Source: Octopus sinensis
Taxonomy: Eukaryota
Length of the DNA stretch: 64,000 nt
Direction: 5' to 3'
NCBI RefSeq assembly: GCF_006345805.1
Contig: NC_043003.1
Coordinates: forward strand, 9,548,001-9,612,000
Positions 1 to 12,440 of this stretch are shown piece after piece; the first letter of the stretch is position 1, and each line of letters starts with the position of its first letter. The position numbers and the translations under genes were made by a program. The notes beneath the pieces were generated by a model. The model was not told the DNA's origin. It saw only the letters and a program-made list of their open reading frames with translations, and made no database searches.

Positions 1-754
1 ACGTAATTGAAAAATAAAATAAAAGTTTGTACGTAACTTAGTTTAGTTATCAAATATTGTAAATTATTGTATGTATATTTTCTGATAATGACATTTTAGT
101 TAATTTTCAATAGTATGCTTGTCGATTACAAGCCGTGGTTTATTATTTATTGGAGACCCACATAAAATGGTTACTTTCTCAGAAGCCTGCTATAAGTTTA
201 TATACACAAATCATGCTCATACAAATAATAACCATATGTACAGGCACACACGTACACAAATGCACGTACGCCCACATACAACACACATGCACGCGCTAAA
301 GCATACACATATGATTGTGTGCACATAAAAGCACAGTATAAACATGTATGAATAATAAATAGATACATTTAAATTTTTATTAGAGTAACATTGTCGAAAA
401 TATATCATTTACCTTTCTCTGTGGATATCAATTCGTAGCAATTAATTAATTAACTGTTTTCTCATGTTAAAGTTTATAATAAATTCATCAAAAATCCGGA
501 ATATTTCATTATATCGCTGCTGTAAACCATGTTTAATTTCTATCCGTCTAGTTATCAATGCATAATTTATTTTTGTATGGTATAGGGTACATAAAACCAA
601 ACATACAAATGCAACAATATTCTTCTATCTGTCTAGTTAACTAACATTACGATAGAAGTAGCTATTACTTCATAATACGCTCTGACAGGTCAAATTGTGA
701 ATATATGATCGCCGTTGTTTGTTTACCGTCATCGGAGAACATCTCTTCTCTTCA

Positions 755-1015
755 GACAATGGCTAAGGTGTTGCGCTCACGATTCCCAGAATGGGCGGTG
801 TGTTCTTGAGCAAAGCTCTTCATTTCACATTGCTCGGTGATCATTTCGACACCTGTCCTGTGACTCCCAGTTGCACCTGTACAGGTAATGTCGATTTGAA
901 GGAGGGGTGAGCTCATGTCTGCACAAACATTTGATCACTATAAACAAATCATCTGTATTGGTTGCTCGATAAGAAATTGTCGAACCCTCATATGTCGTCT
1001 AACGACTGGAAAGTC
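755..1015 (+). mobile_element. Degenerate tRNA-derived SINE with CORE-like domain (family B)
   Basis: gtgttcttgagcaaagctcttcatttcacattgctc is similar to the 10124 copy. Confidence 0.6.
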
Positions 1016-1028
1016 AATCACAAACATC

Positions 1029-1031
<3 letters not shown>

Positions 1032-1119
<88 letters not shown>

Positions 1120-1120
1120 G

Positions 1121-1171
<51 letters not shown>

Positions 1172-1172
1172 G

Positions 1173-1222
<50 letters not shown>
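1032..1222. repeat. (TA)n/(TATG) microsatellite
   Basis: Direct inspection. Confidence 0.98.
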
Positions 1223-1223
<1 letters not shown>

Positions 1224-1413
1224 TATGTGAAATAGAAAGATGAATAATCTTGTAGTAGATTAATCAAAAGTTTAACCGATACCTTAGTAGCAAAAATCAC
1301 AGCAGTAAACACACGGTTGGAGGTACAACCATCTGGCGTTGCAACCGTGCGTTGGTGCGGATAATTGAAATTAAAACATTATTGGTGAATTGAAGAAATG
1401 GAGCTGAACGCAG

Positions 1414-1746
1414 ATTGAACAGAAATCGTTTTATTTCATTCTACACGTGTTTCGAAAGGCACAAATTACCAAAATCCGATTGAATATGGGACCATATTGT
1501 GTCTTTCTCTCAGGAAGAAAAAGGAAATCCGTTGGAAAAACAAAAACAGAACAGAGGCGGAGCATGGGCTCTTAGGAGCATAGTTCGATTTGTTTTTGCT
1601 CCGCCTCTGTTCTGTTTTTTTTTTCCAACGGATTTCCTTTTTCTTCCTGAAGAGAAAGACACAATATGGTCCCATTATTCAATCGGATTTTGGTATTTGT
1701 GCCTTCGAAACACGTGTAGAATGAAATAAAACGATTTCTGTTCAAT
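1414..1746. mobile_element. Fold-back element, probably a Penelope-like pLTR with an inverted copy
   Basis: ~150-bp inverted arms 1414-1563 and 1598-1746 with a 34-nt spacer, lying between (TA)n tracts. Contains a hammerhead motif. Confidence 0.7.
1640..1726 (+). ncRNA. Minimal type-I hammerhead ribozyme motif
   Basis: Stem I tttcttc/gaa(t)gaaa; core CUGAAGA 1647-1653; stem II gaa(a)gacaca/tgtgccttc; GAAAC-ACGU-GUA 1707-1718 with a palindromic loop. Predicted cleavage after 1718. Confidence 0.75.
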
Positions 1747-1767
1747 ATATGTATATATATATAGATG

Positions 1768-1816
<49 letters not shown>

Positions 1817-2035
1817 GTATATATATGTATATATATATATATATATATAGTATATCCATATATATGTATATCCATATATATATATATGTATATGCATATA
1901 TATATGTATGCATATATATATGTATATGCATATATATGTATATGCATATATATATATATATATATACATACATATATATATATATATATGTACAAATGCA
2001 CATACATACACACTCGCACATACACACATATATAA
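1747..2035. repeat. (TA)n-rich microsatellite
   Basis: Direct inspection. Confidence 0.95.
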
Positions 2036-2220
2036 TTTAGTTATATTCCGTTAGGATCGTGGTATAAATCTAGTCCACCTTCAAATTTGCCCAGTAATAT
2101 TGATAGTATTATTATATACTTCCAAGTTTAAATTTGGCCATTCAATGTATGTATGAGAATATAAAATTGAAGAAATTGGGGCCATGACGAATCAGTACGG
2201 TCGGACAATTATTCCTTATT

Positions 2221-2550
2221 CACTACAATTATTTCGACTCACCGTAGCTCTCCAAGAATACAGGCATTTGTTTATGCAATTGTTTGCTTGCATAATGAGA
2301 TCTTGTGTTTCCTCAGGCGATACATGAGTGTTCTCTCGCTTAGTTTAAAATCGTCGACCTCAAGGCCATCTCCTCTGTACGTCGTGATTTAAATTTAGAC
2401 CCATACTATGGGCCTATCAACCACTATTAAATTCATACCACGACAAACAGAGGATATGAACTTGAAGTCGATCTCATTATGCAAACAAACAGTTGCATAA
2501 TCAAATACTTGTTTGTTGGAGAACTACGTTGCGTCGAAACAATTGGAGTG
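2221..2550. mobile_element. Degenerate MITE-like element
   Basis: ~80-bp imperfect terminal inverted repeats: cactacaatt...gcataatgagatc (2221-2302) versus gatctcattatgc...aattggagtg (2469-2550). Confidence 0.55.
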
Positions 2551-2756
2551 CATTATAAATGAATGTCCAACCGTATTTCTTCTACATGACTCCAATTTCT
2601 TCAATTATATATATTCATATATATATACTTGCATATATTACGAGGTGAAATAAACAAAGGGAATCATTAAATTTTATGTACACATTTGTAATCGGTGTAC
2701 AATTGAAAAACGTATTCTTCATCGTGAGATGGCTCCGAGACGATAGGCGTGTGTGT

Positions 2757-2830
<74 letters not shown>

Positions 2831-5323
2831 AAATGTAAAACAGATTTCCCTTTATAAATAGCTAATGAATGTGAGTAAATACAAGTAAAGTTAAGTGTTT
2901 TGTGTGTATTAAAACGAAGTTAATATTTTTCATAATTTAGGCCCCAAAACAATATTTCGGATTTACAGATGAATTATTGATTATAAACTTCGAAATATGT
3001 AGAAAATTAAAATACTTACCGAAAAGGAAAAATACAAGCGCTGTTTCAAGAATGAACACCTGGGCAGAAATTAAAATTTTCTAAAGTTATATTTGCAATA
3101 CTTCTAGATATCATATTTTAAAAGGTTTTTTCTTCTAATTGCAATGTAATTTATAGTGACAATACATGTTCTATTTATTAGCGTTTACGGAAAGAAAAAA
3201 GTAACATTTAAATTAATAATATTTCTAGTCGAAACATATTTTTATATCGTGATATTCAGTATCATGTAAGCCATGTGTATCAACATCGTATGAGCCATGT
3301 ATATGACAATCTATTTTTTTAAATTTCCTTCATGCAACTAGGAATCATACTGCTAGGAGTCATATTGCTGTTTGATTCATACTGCCAGGTTTAAATATCA
3401 TATCATTTATATTTTCATCTCTGAATAGACTAGTTTATGAAACCCCTCATTTAAATACCATGTTGGTTGTGAATCCGAAAAATCCGAAAAATCTAAATAT
3501 TTGTTTGAATGTGAAGGTATTATATTTAGTTTTATTGGCTGCGAATTTCCTTCTGGTATAATTTCATTATCAAGTGTTATATTTATTTTTAATACGTATT
3601 ACAATAAGGAATGATTTTTTCCCTACAAACAATCAATAATGTCATTTACTTATAACGATAATCTATAAACCTTGTAATACGCTGAAGCATTCATGTATGA
3701 ACTTCAACAAAATTCAAATGTTTTAAGATAATTGTCATAACAATTAACACTTATTTGCTACACTACAGATAATGATAAAAATTAGAAAACATTACTGACA
3801 GAAAAAAGTATATCTTTAGGATAAGCTCTTTTGACTTAAATAATTTGTACTCCAACTATTTTAATACAGATCATAACATAGAGGATTTTACTTTTTCTTC
3901 AATTATAGTTCGATAAAAAAAGTGATGTCTATTCAATGTAATATACCGTTATCATATAATATAACATTTTGTCAACTGGAACGAGCAACATACAGTAATT
4001 TAATGCGAAGTCCCTCTATATAAAGAGCACCTGGATTAATACTCGCATTGAGGATAATCTGTTCATTTTTTTCTTATATCAGTCATACAGATAAACTTTG
4101 AAGGAATTTATGAAGGAATCTTAATAAGTTATTGTTTATTTAATTAATAGTAGTGCAATATTACTCAACGAAAAATGCTGTAGAACTTTTCGGCATCAAT
4201 GAATGTTAGCAAATATTGTCATATTAGAAATAACGTATAATTCTTATTTAATGAGAAAAGTTCCAAATGCTTGCTTGATGAATGAAAAGGGAAGGCTGCT
4301 TGAATAACCAAGAAAATAATTATCCAAGATTATATATCTAATAAACAACAAAAAATCCGTCATATGAGATGATTTCTGTGCCTATGTTTAGGACAAAATT
4401 ATATAATTATCGAACTGGCAAATGAATGAACAACATTTTCTTAATTAATTCTTTACTGGCAATGCAACTTTTATAAGGCTATTACTTACAACGTAGGTCG
4501 AACAGTCTTTTGCTATCATCTTTCCACACTAAGATCTCCTTCAGAAATGGAAATAATCGAAGAGATGATACTTTAAAAGACACACAGTTACGAAATCGAT
4601 AGTTATTTCTATAGAATATATTAGCAATTATAGCAGTATCCTAAAGGCTTCCCATCAATTTTTCGCTCAGGCATTGTCATTTTTAGCTGTGTGCTCCGGT
4701 AGCCTAAAGCTCAATGCATTCTTCCCCAAAAGATGATGCATCGAATTATATATTTAATATACAAAAATCAAATGCGAATAAGATCCTCTAAGAATTATCA
4801 ATAACATTCAATTCTCCTGAAATATATTTAACTCTGAAGAGTTCTTCCAATTCATTCTAGCAATATCCATTTTCTTTCTCTGTTAGAAGAATATGACTAA
4901 AATAATATAAAAAATGACATCACGTATGCCCGTAGGGGCGCTGCCCGAATATTAGTCAAGCTCACGTTTTGTTTTATTTTCAGAAACTTTATCCTTTCCT
5001 ATACATTGATATTGCTTAACCGGTCACTGTCTGGTCATCTTATATCACTTGTTTAATCAATTCTTTGAAATTCATGTTCATAATTTTTTATTAGTCCCCA
5101 AGCCATTGAGTCTTCGATTATATTATCAATTTTCACAAGATTTTAAATTGTATTTCCTTAATATCTTTCAAACTTCATTTCTGGTCATAGTATATGTGGA
5201 ACCTATTACAGGAATAGTCTTTAAGAGAAAGTCAGAGTCATGATAGGCTTGTTTCAGTCACTGCTGTATATAAACATATGTGCGCGCTTGCGTGTATGTT
5301 CATGTATGTATGTTAAACATATA

Positions 5324-5356
<33 letters not shown>

Positions 5357-5428
5357 ATATATATACATGCAAACATGTACGCACGCAAGTACCTATACTC
5401 TATATGCTGGAACGTAGTGGACACGCTT

Positions 5429-5461
<33 letters not shown>

Positions 5462-5527
5462 CATACACATTTAATATATATATTTTTAACATATATATAT
5501 GTATATATATATACATATATATGTATA

Positions 5528-5566
<39 letters not shown>

Positions 5567-5626
5567 TATATATATATTTGTATGTGTATATATATATATT
5601 TGTATGTGTGTATATATATCTGTATG

Positions 5627-5671
<45 letters not shown>

Positions 5672-5849
5672 ATGTTCGTACATATGACCAAAGTGATGTT
5701 CCGCCGTATCATCAATAACACAATTTATTTACCATTGTGCACTTTTGGAATTAGAACATTAAAATATCGAATTAGATAGCACAACGGATTTAAAATGCCG
5801 CAAAGCTTTTTATCGGATCTTCTTAGCAGTTTTTGAGAAGATGAAGAAA

Positions 5850-5994
5850 TCGATTACATTGACTAGTACATGACTGGCACGACTTTATTCCACCCTCGGA
5901 ACAATGAAAAGCAAAGTCGACGTCGTAACTCAGACGGTTGAAATTCCGCCAGGCATTTCGTCGGCATGCTAACGATACAGCCAGTTCGCTGCCT
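5850..5994 (-). mobile_element. tRNA-derived SINE, family A (degenerate)
   Basis: The minus strand has the ggcagcgaactggc head and the gtcgactttgcttttcat central motif. Confidence 0.7.
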
Positions 5995-6049
5995 TAATAA
6001 TAATGAGGGTTTCAAATTTCGACAAAAGAAAATCTACACATTTTCTTTG

Positions 6050-6480
6050 TCGGTGGGCAAGTTTGGCATCTGTTCATAAACTCATCTCTTTGGCGGAAAC
6101 GCAGTCCTGAGTAAAAAAATACATAAATTGGGTGCAAGACTTACTGCTTTTTACAAGTAGGGAAATGCAGTTGCTGGAAAATTCACCTTAAAATATATAT
6201 AGGGATCTGCCGGTGGGTAAGAGCAGTGATGTTCGCAGGGAAACTTTAGGGCGAACTAGTTGGCCTTTTCCGGGGAAATTTCGATCCGGTGACTACTATG
6301 GATAACTTCTAGAAATCCTTGGTCTGACACTAAGAGCAGTGCTTGTTCGAGATAAGGTCTACAGGCACCGAAGTGTTGCCAGGCAGGACTGCACAAGATG
6401 CGTGTAGACCAACGAAACCGTTGGTCTACATGCTTTTTAATTTCTCCTACTTAGGTTCGCTTTTCTGGTCTTACTATTAA
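6050..6480 (+). pseudogene. L1/Tx1-like LINE ORF2 C-terminal fragment
   Basis: Translated remnants MDNF*KSL, LVRDKVYRHRSVARQDCTRC..NETV.LHAF resemble the Tx1 zf-RVT CCHC region; stops and frameshifts present. Confidence 0.55.
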
Positions 6481-9354
6481 TGGTTACGTTAGCAGTTTGC
6501 CGTTCCTACTCTCACTCTATCTCATTCAAAATCTTTTCTTTTTACATGAAATAAAAACATGGTAACACAAAAATACTAAGAGACCAAAGCACACCAGTTC
6601 TGCTCAAGCGAAACACATCAAGCAAACTATATTAATATTAATAAAAACAATAATTACTAAATCATAACAAATACCTCAAGGTACCTCGACCATACAGTGT
6701 CAAAATCAATACTGACGTATGAATAGAGAAATCAGTAATGCAATGAGAAAATAATTACAACCAGCCATAAGAGAAATCTTTCCAAGGTTCACTGCTCCAT
6801 GTACTCTTTTGCATAATTCTGACATCATTTATACAAACTGTTGAATTAAACCGGTATTAATTATGGATGACTCGGATAAACTTTAAAGAATCTCTTCTAT
6901 ATGATTGAATTAAACTGTGTCTAAGACGGAACTTTTTCAAATGCGTATATAAAATTAAATACGTCATAAAATAAATATAAGTTTCGACAAATGTACCAAA
7001 GCTACTACTTAAAAATGCAAAGTAACTAAAACGAAGAGCATTAAATGAGATGCAGTCATCGAAATTCGAGTATTACTAAAGACGCACAAGTACACATTTA
7101 TACATATCACGGATATGATTTGATGCAGCACAGAAATGAAGGATGAAATTTGTGTAAAGAGCCTCTTCAACTTCTGAACAAAAGCTGGTGTTGACGAGGA
7201 GGGTTTTTTTGTTTGTTTCACTGATTTTGTTGTCGTTGTTGTGGCTGTTACTTTTGTTGAGCCTTTTGATGTTCGTTTGAAAGTTACTGCTTCTTTTTTT
7301 CCCCAAACTTGCTATGTTAGTTGTTGTGATTGCGGCTTTGGATATTGCTGTTTTGCCGCTGGTTCTAGTTATGCTAGTTTTGAAGGATTAGGTGGTTAGT
7401 TTTCTGAAACCCGTCGAGTTCCCTGGCTTTGGATACGGGTGGCCCTTTCAGTTTCTACGTTTTTCTTAGAGCGAAAAGCTACATTTATATGTTGTTGCCA
7501 ACCTAATTTCCATCTATTAATATATTATTTATATAATCTCACTATCTCATTCGTTGGCATTTCATTACCTCTTTTTCTACAATTACCCTCATGTTATCAA
7601 TTTCTCCCTCTTCCTAGTTTTCATTTTATATGAATATCCGAAACGATTTATGTATCGAAGTACCTGTTTTAAGTTAATTCTAAAATTCACTATCAGAAAA
7701 CAGCAACAATTCCGTTACGTGTTTAAGTGAATATGGTACGTGATATCTCGATGCAACTGCGTATATTTATTTTTATGGAATCATTTCCTTTCACACACCA
7801 TAAATCACATTAACAATGTTACTGCCAGAAGTTACTCAGAGAAAAACAACTTGTTAGGTAGTGTTGCTATATTTAATGCAAAAATCATCAAAATACCGTG
7901 ATTCTCTTGTTAGTGTTTTGTCAAATACAGTGAAGTTTGTACTTTGCTAAGATGCTTTGATAAGATTGAAACAGGTTCGAGTAAAAATGATCAAAACTAT
8001 ATTAACTGTTGAAATAATATATTTTTCGTCGCATAAAGGAATACCTTTTCTCATGATTACTGCATTAAATACATTAACAAAAGTAACTTATGTACACTTA
8101 TCCAATGTGCGTTCAGTTTTACTGATGTGGAAGGATATCATATGTGTGCCAGTAATATGATTATTTGTAAACTTTACAGAGATGTGCTTACGAATATATC
8201 TGCTAAAATAGTTGCGTTAAGTATAGAGACTATTTTTTTATGAATAAATCTATTACACGAGTTAAGGTGCAACAGTTCAATAACGCGTTATGTGCATGAG
8301 CTGTGTCATGTGACTTGATTATATTTCTCACAATGTATAACCGTGTGGTGTGTACACTATTTCCCATAGTATTATTTTGTAGGTGGCAGATTCTTTACAT
8401 TCCTCATGGTGTAATTTGCACGTTATGTCTACCGTTTCTATCTTAATCATATTATATAATTTCCTGATTATGACGTGAAGATTTTGAGAAGTGACTGTCG
8501 TTCGTCAATGCTTTTAGTTTCCCGAACGAGTTTTTTTTACTAAACTGAAAGAAGTTAATATTTTATCATCTAATTTATTTCGTTTCACTGTTTCTCCTGC
8601 TGCTATTCATAATGTTGCATCTGCTGTCACAAGTATTAAAGTTCTAGCATTTTGTAGATCATTCTCATGTCCCTCACATACTCTGAGTTCGATCAAGGAG
8701 AAGTTATACGTTTGCTTATACATGGCTACATATACAGTGTTATGTACACATGGTTAGTTCTATGACATAATTTACTATAGACAGTAGACTTCACATTGCT
8801 CTTCTCTTAACTTCCATAAAAATATTTAATTAAATTTGTGATTTTATTCGAAAATGGTTGCCTGAAATATTAAAGTATGTAGTTATAAATATTTAAAGAC
8901 GTATTTTTTGTGCAGGTGTAATTCTTATTAAGCGCTGTATTTTCTTCATATTTTCATTGTATGACGTTTGCATAACAAGACATCTACTTCCTATACCACT
9001 TGAATCACATTTGCAGGAATGACTAATGCACATTAGTTTCACTCAAGGATCGAATGACACACGCATCCATCTGATTGATCACTTGGCCACATTACCACAT
9101 TCTAATCCATTCATTACTGCTTTATCGTATAGTGTATAGTAGTCTACTGAATTTGGATTAAAATATTTGCTATATTATGTTATTTTTGTCTCTGTATTTG
9201 CGAAGTCGTTAACTGAACTTTGTACACGACAAATGTCTATTCAGTTGTTTGTTGTTAATAGTTTAGATAAAAGTGTTTCTATAAAGAAAAGAAATCAAGT
9301 AAGATTCATAGCAAATAGAGAATGAAATAAACCTAGAGAAAAATAATAAATATA

Positions 9355-9612
9355 CAATTGCAGCGTGGAAGGTGTTTGTAAGCCATTTAAAAAACACACA
9401 AAAGCCGTTCGATTCACTTCAACATTGTCAGTGAACAGGTCGCGGATTTTAGCGACGAAAATATTTTGACAAATAAAACTTAAATGTTGAAGTGAATCGA
9501 ACGGCTTTTGTGTGTTTCTTAAATGGCTTACAAACACCTTCCACGCTGCAATTGTTCTCGTTCCAGCACACGATCTCAGATCAAATCACTTGCTATGCGA
9601 GTACATCTCCGT
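9355..9612 (+). mobile_element. Asymmetric fold-back element (Penelope-like pLTR plus inverted segment), copy 1
   Basis: 72-bp inverted arms 9355-9426 and 9481-9552, a unique tail 9553-9612, and a 13-bp direct repeat AATAATAAATATA at 9342-9354 and 9613-9625. Confidence 0.75.
9425..9472 (+). ncRNA. Hammerhead-like motif with swapped G3-C8 core
   Basis: Stem I ttgtca/tgacaa; core GUGAACA 9431-9437 plus one extra G; stem II gtcgc/gcgac; GAAA-AUAU-UU 9457-9466. Confidence 0.6.
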
Positions 9613-10123
9613 AATAATAAATATAAAATCCCAAAACAAAGCAAATTAATAAATATGATTATAAAGATAGAAATTACCAAACAAGAGAGCAAAGAATAAA
9701 GGCGTCGTTAAAGAAGTGCATATATGGTATTGCATGCAGAGGTTTAAGCGGATAAAGATGAACGTGGGGAATAGAGAAGCAGTTTCTTGCTATTAAGGAT
9801 AATGATACGATACTGCCATTAAGGACATTGATATATATTTTCCTTAAATGAATTGCCGTTTGCAAGAATATATTATTAGTGCGGCATAAAGTTCAAACAT
9901 ATATCCTCACCTTCATCATTATATGTTGTACTAATTATTCTTCAACACACTCAGGTACGAAACAGCCGCCGACATGTCCATTTGTATCAGAGCCTTTGTG
10001 AAAAGAAACGAACTTTCAAAAACAATCTAAAGCAGCGAAGATCAGTTTAATTAATAACTTAGGAAAATAATTCGGTTGTAGTACCCATTGCTTTATTATT
10101 ATTATTATTACTATTATTAGTGA

Positions 10124-10460
10124 AGGCGCATGACTCAGTGGTAAGATCGTTGAGCTTACGATCGCGAGATTGTGAGTTCGAATCCCGGACCGGGCTGCGT
10201 GTTGTGTTCTTGAGCAAGACACTTTATTTCACATTGCTCCAGTTTACTCAGCTGTAGAAATGAGTTGCGACGTCACAGGTGCCAAGCTGTATCGGCTTTT
10301 GACTTTCCCTTGGATAACATCAGTGGTGGCGAGAGAGGAGGCTGGTATGCATGGGCGACTGCTGGTCTTCCCTAAACAACCTTGTCCGGACTTGTACCTG
10401 GGAGGGTAACTTTCTAGGTGGTGCAATCCCATGGTCATTCATGACCGAAGGGTGTCTCAG
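10124..10460 (+). mobile_element. tRNA-derived CORE-type SINE (family B)
   Basis: A box TGACTCAGTGG (10131), B box GTTCGAATCC (10176), CORE-like gtgttcttgagcaagacac...cagctgtagaaatgag, then an (ATT)n tail. Confidence 0.8.
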
Positions 10461-10524
<64 letters not shown>

Positions 10525-11040
10525 TATTATTATTATTATTTCACTAAGCAGTGTGTAATAAGTTTCTAATAATAGTATTGTATAAGGCTAAATATAGTAA
10601 AACATTTGGTTTTATAATTGACCTTTCAGTATTAAGATCTCCCTTGAACAATGAAATAGGAGTTAGATTTTAGAGTTCTTTCAGACATTTTGTCGTTTTT
10701 GTCTCAATGCATTATGGCTATTATCTATACAGAGAATGTACTGGCGTCATAGAAATAATAGACCACATACACTTTACGTTTTACAAAGTTTATAGTAATC
10801 ATTTTACATTCTGATCGCAAAATCTACTTCGGCCGACCTTTATCATTTTAGCATCAGCTGAATTTGAAAAACGCATGAATCTGATCAATGAAATCGCCAA
10901 CAATTTATCGCATTTTGCCAATTTAAGTAACTAATTTCATAGTTGTTCTAATAGTCCAACTAAGTAGTTTAGTTTTACTAATTATACTTGTAGTATTAGG
11001 CCTTCTATTATTCATTTATACTAATTTTACTTTTAAAATC

Positions 11041-11088
11041 ATGGCTCAGGAAAATCCCTTTTTCCATCAAGTTCAACAAAACATAGGT
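11041..11088 (+). CDS. Candidate first coding exon of the Hv channel gene (MAQENPFFHQVQQNI...)
   Basis: aaaatcATGG start context and 15 open codons, followed by possible donors ATAG|GTGTAG (exon end 11086, phase 1, fits an acceptor at 11962) or GGT|GTAGTC (end 11088, phase 0, fits the acceptor at 11952). No homology support. Confidence 0.3.
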
Positions 11089-11951
11089 GTAGTCATTTGA
11101 AAGAGTTTTAATTTATAATTTACCACTTGTATATAAGAGTGTATAGTTACCGATACTGATGCACTCATATTTTCACATTCCACTCATATGAAATAAATAT
11201 TATATATCACCAGCACATTTCCCTGGAAACACTTATAAAATCTTGGACAAATTCAAATTAAATGTATATCCAAGAATTTTATATCTCTTCTTTCAGTCGT
11301 TTGAGATTTTTCTAAAACACTCTTTTTAAAGAAAGCTAATTGGAAACAATAACAGTTATTGATTAGCTCGTCCTATTAATTCCATTTATGAGAAATGTAT
11401 ATTATGTGTTTACCTTTCGGCTACCATATATTTACTTCTGATAATATGAAAATGTAGTCTAAAATTCCTACTTATGAAGGAAAATAGGATTTTCGAATTA
11501 GTTTTTTTAGAAACAATACATTTAAAATATGTCAAGAGTTGACTATTTTTGAAGCTGTTTTATGCTATGCTCTGTAACATATTTTATGTAATATAATTTT
11601 GTTTTAAGATATATTTGACAGCTCAAGTAAGATTCACGATTAAATATTGTTATTACTAATTCAAAACTAAAATTTAAACACTTTTTTCAAAATAATAAAA
11701 ATAAGAGATGTGATTTTTCACAGTTGTAGTATCAATTTGCTGATTTTTTCAGTAATTACTAACACATAAATGCAATTTTCTTACACCGATAATATTTCAA
11801 ATGTGATTTGACTGTGTGTGATATGAATAAACACTGTTAGTTTTAAATCGTACGTTTTATCCCTGCTATTCATTTACTAATCAGTTTCTGCTTCATTTAT
11901 TTATTTTTTTTAATGTTTTACTCCATACCACCAAAACTAAAATATCTACAG

Positions 11952-12073
11952 GCGTTGGTAGCTGAGACTTTGATATTAGCGAAAACCCATGGCTACGCGG
12001 ATAAGATTGAAAATGAGTTGGAAGAAGAATTGCGTCGTGACAGTAAGGGGCCCCCAAAAGAAATTTCGGCGAG
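11952..12073 (+). CDS. HVCN1: Probable N-terminal cytosolic exon of the Hv channel (ALVAETLILAKTHGYADKIENELEEELRRDSKGPPKEISA-R)
   Basis: ctacAG acceptor, 122 nt open in one frame, strong GAG|GTAAGT donor. It ends in phase 2 (AG), which joins the first A of exon 53719 to give AGA (Arg) in frame with S1. Confidence 0.62.
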
Positions 12074-12406
12074 GTAAGTGTTCGGTTTGGCATATTTAGA
12101 AATTTATGTGGTATTAATTTCAAATGAACATCGAATATAAAGGGACTCTTTGCAGGTAGCATGAATTTGCTAATGTGGAGAATATCTACCGTATCAGTGT
12201 AGAATAATTGTTAGCTTAAAAAATATTTTAATGCAAACTGGTATTTCAAACTCCAAGAGTAAATTGCGTTTATAAATCGGATGATTTCTGACACGAATAA
12301 CTTCTTTGTTTTCGGGAAGGGAAACCGTTAATGGATTCTTCATTTCCCTTACACTTGCCTTTTTAATAATAGGAGAACCCTGTTTTTATTGATATATGAT
12401 TTATAT

Positions 12407-12440
<34 letters not shown>

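Noticed and set aside
700-752. CTGAAGA on the minus strand near 743-749
   Set aside because: No GAAA or stem III at the right spacing, so not a hammerhead.
6403-6430. Perfect 12-bp hairpin tgtagaccaacg-aaac-cgttggtctaca
   Set aside because: It lies inside the Tx1-like coding remnant, lacks a hammerhead core and has no Helitron CTRR end; probably incidental.
10852-10934. Short exon-like ORF SAEFEKRMNLINEIANNLSHFANLSN*
   Set aside because: It ends in a stop, its only donor is phase-incompatible with the 11952 exon, and no homology was recognised.
11989-12073. Alternative-frame ATG (MATRIRLKMSWKK...) in the 11952 exon
   Set aside because: Splicing to 53719 puts it out of frame with S1 and it stops after 14 codons.
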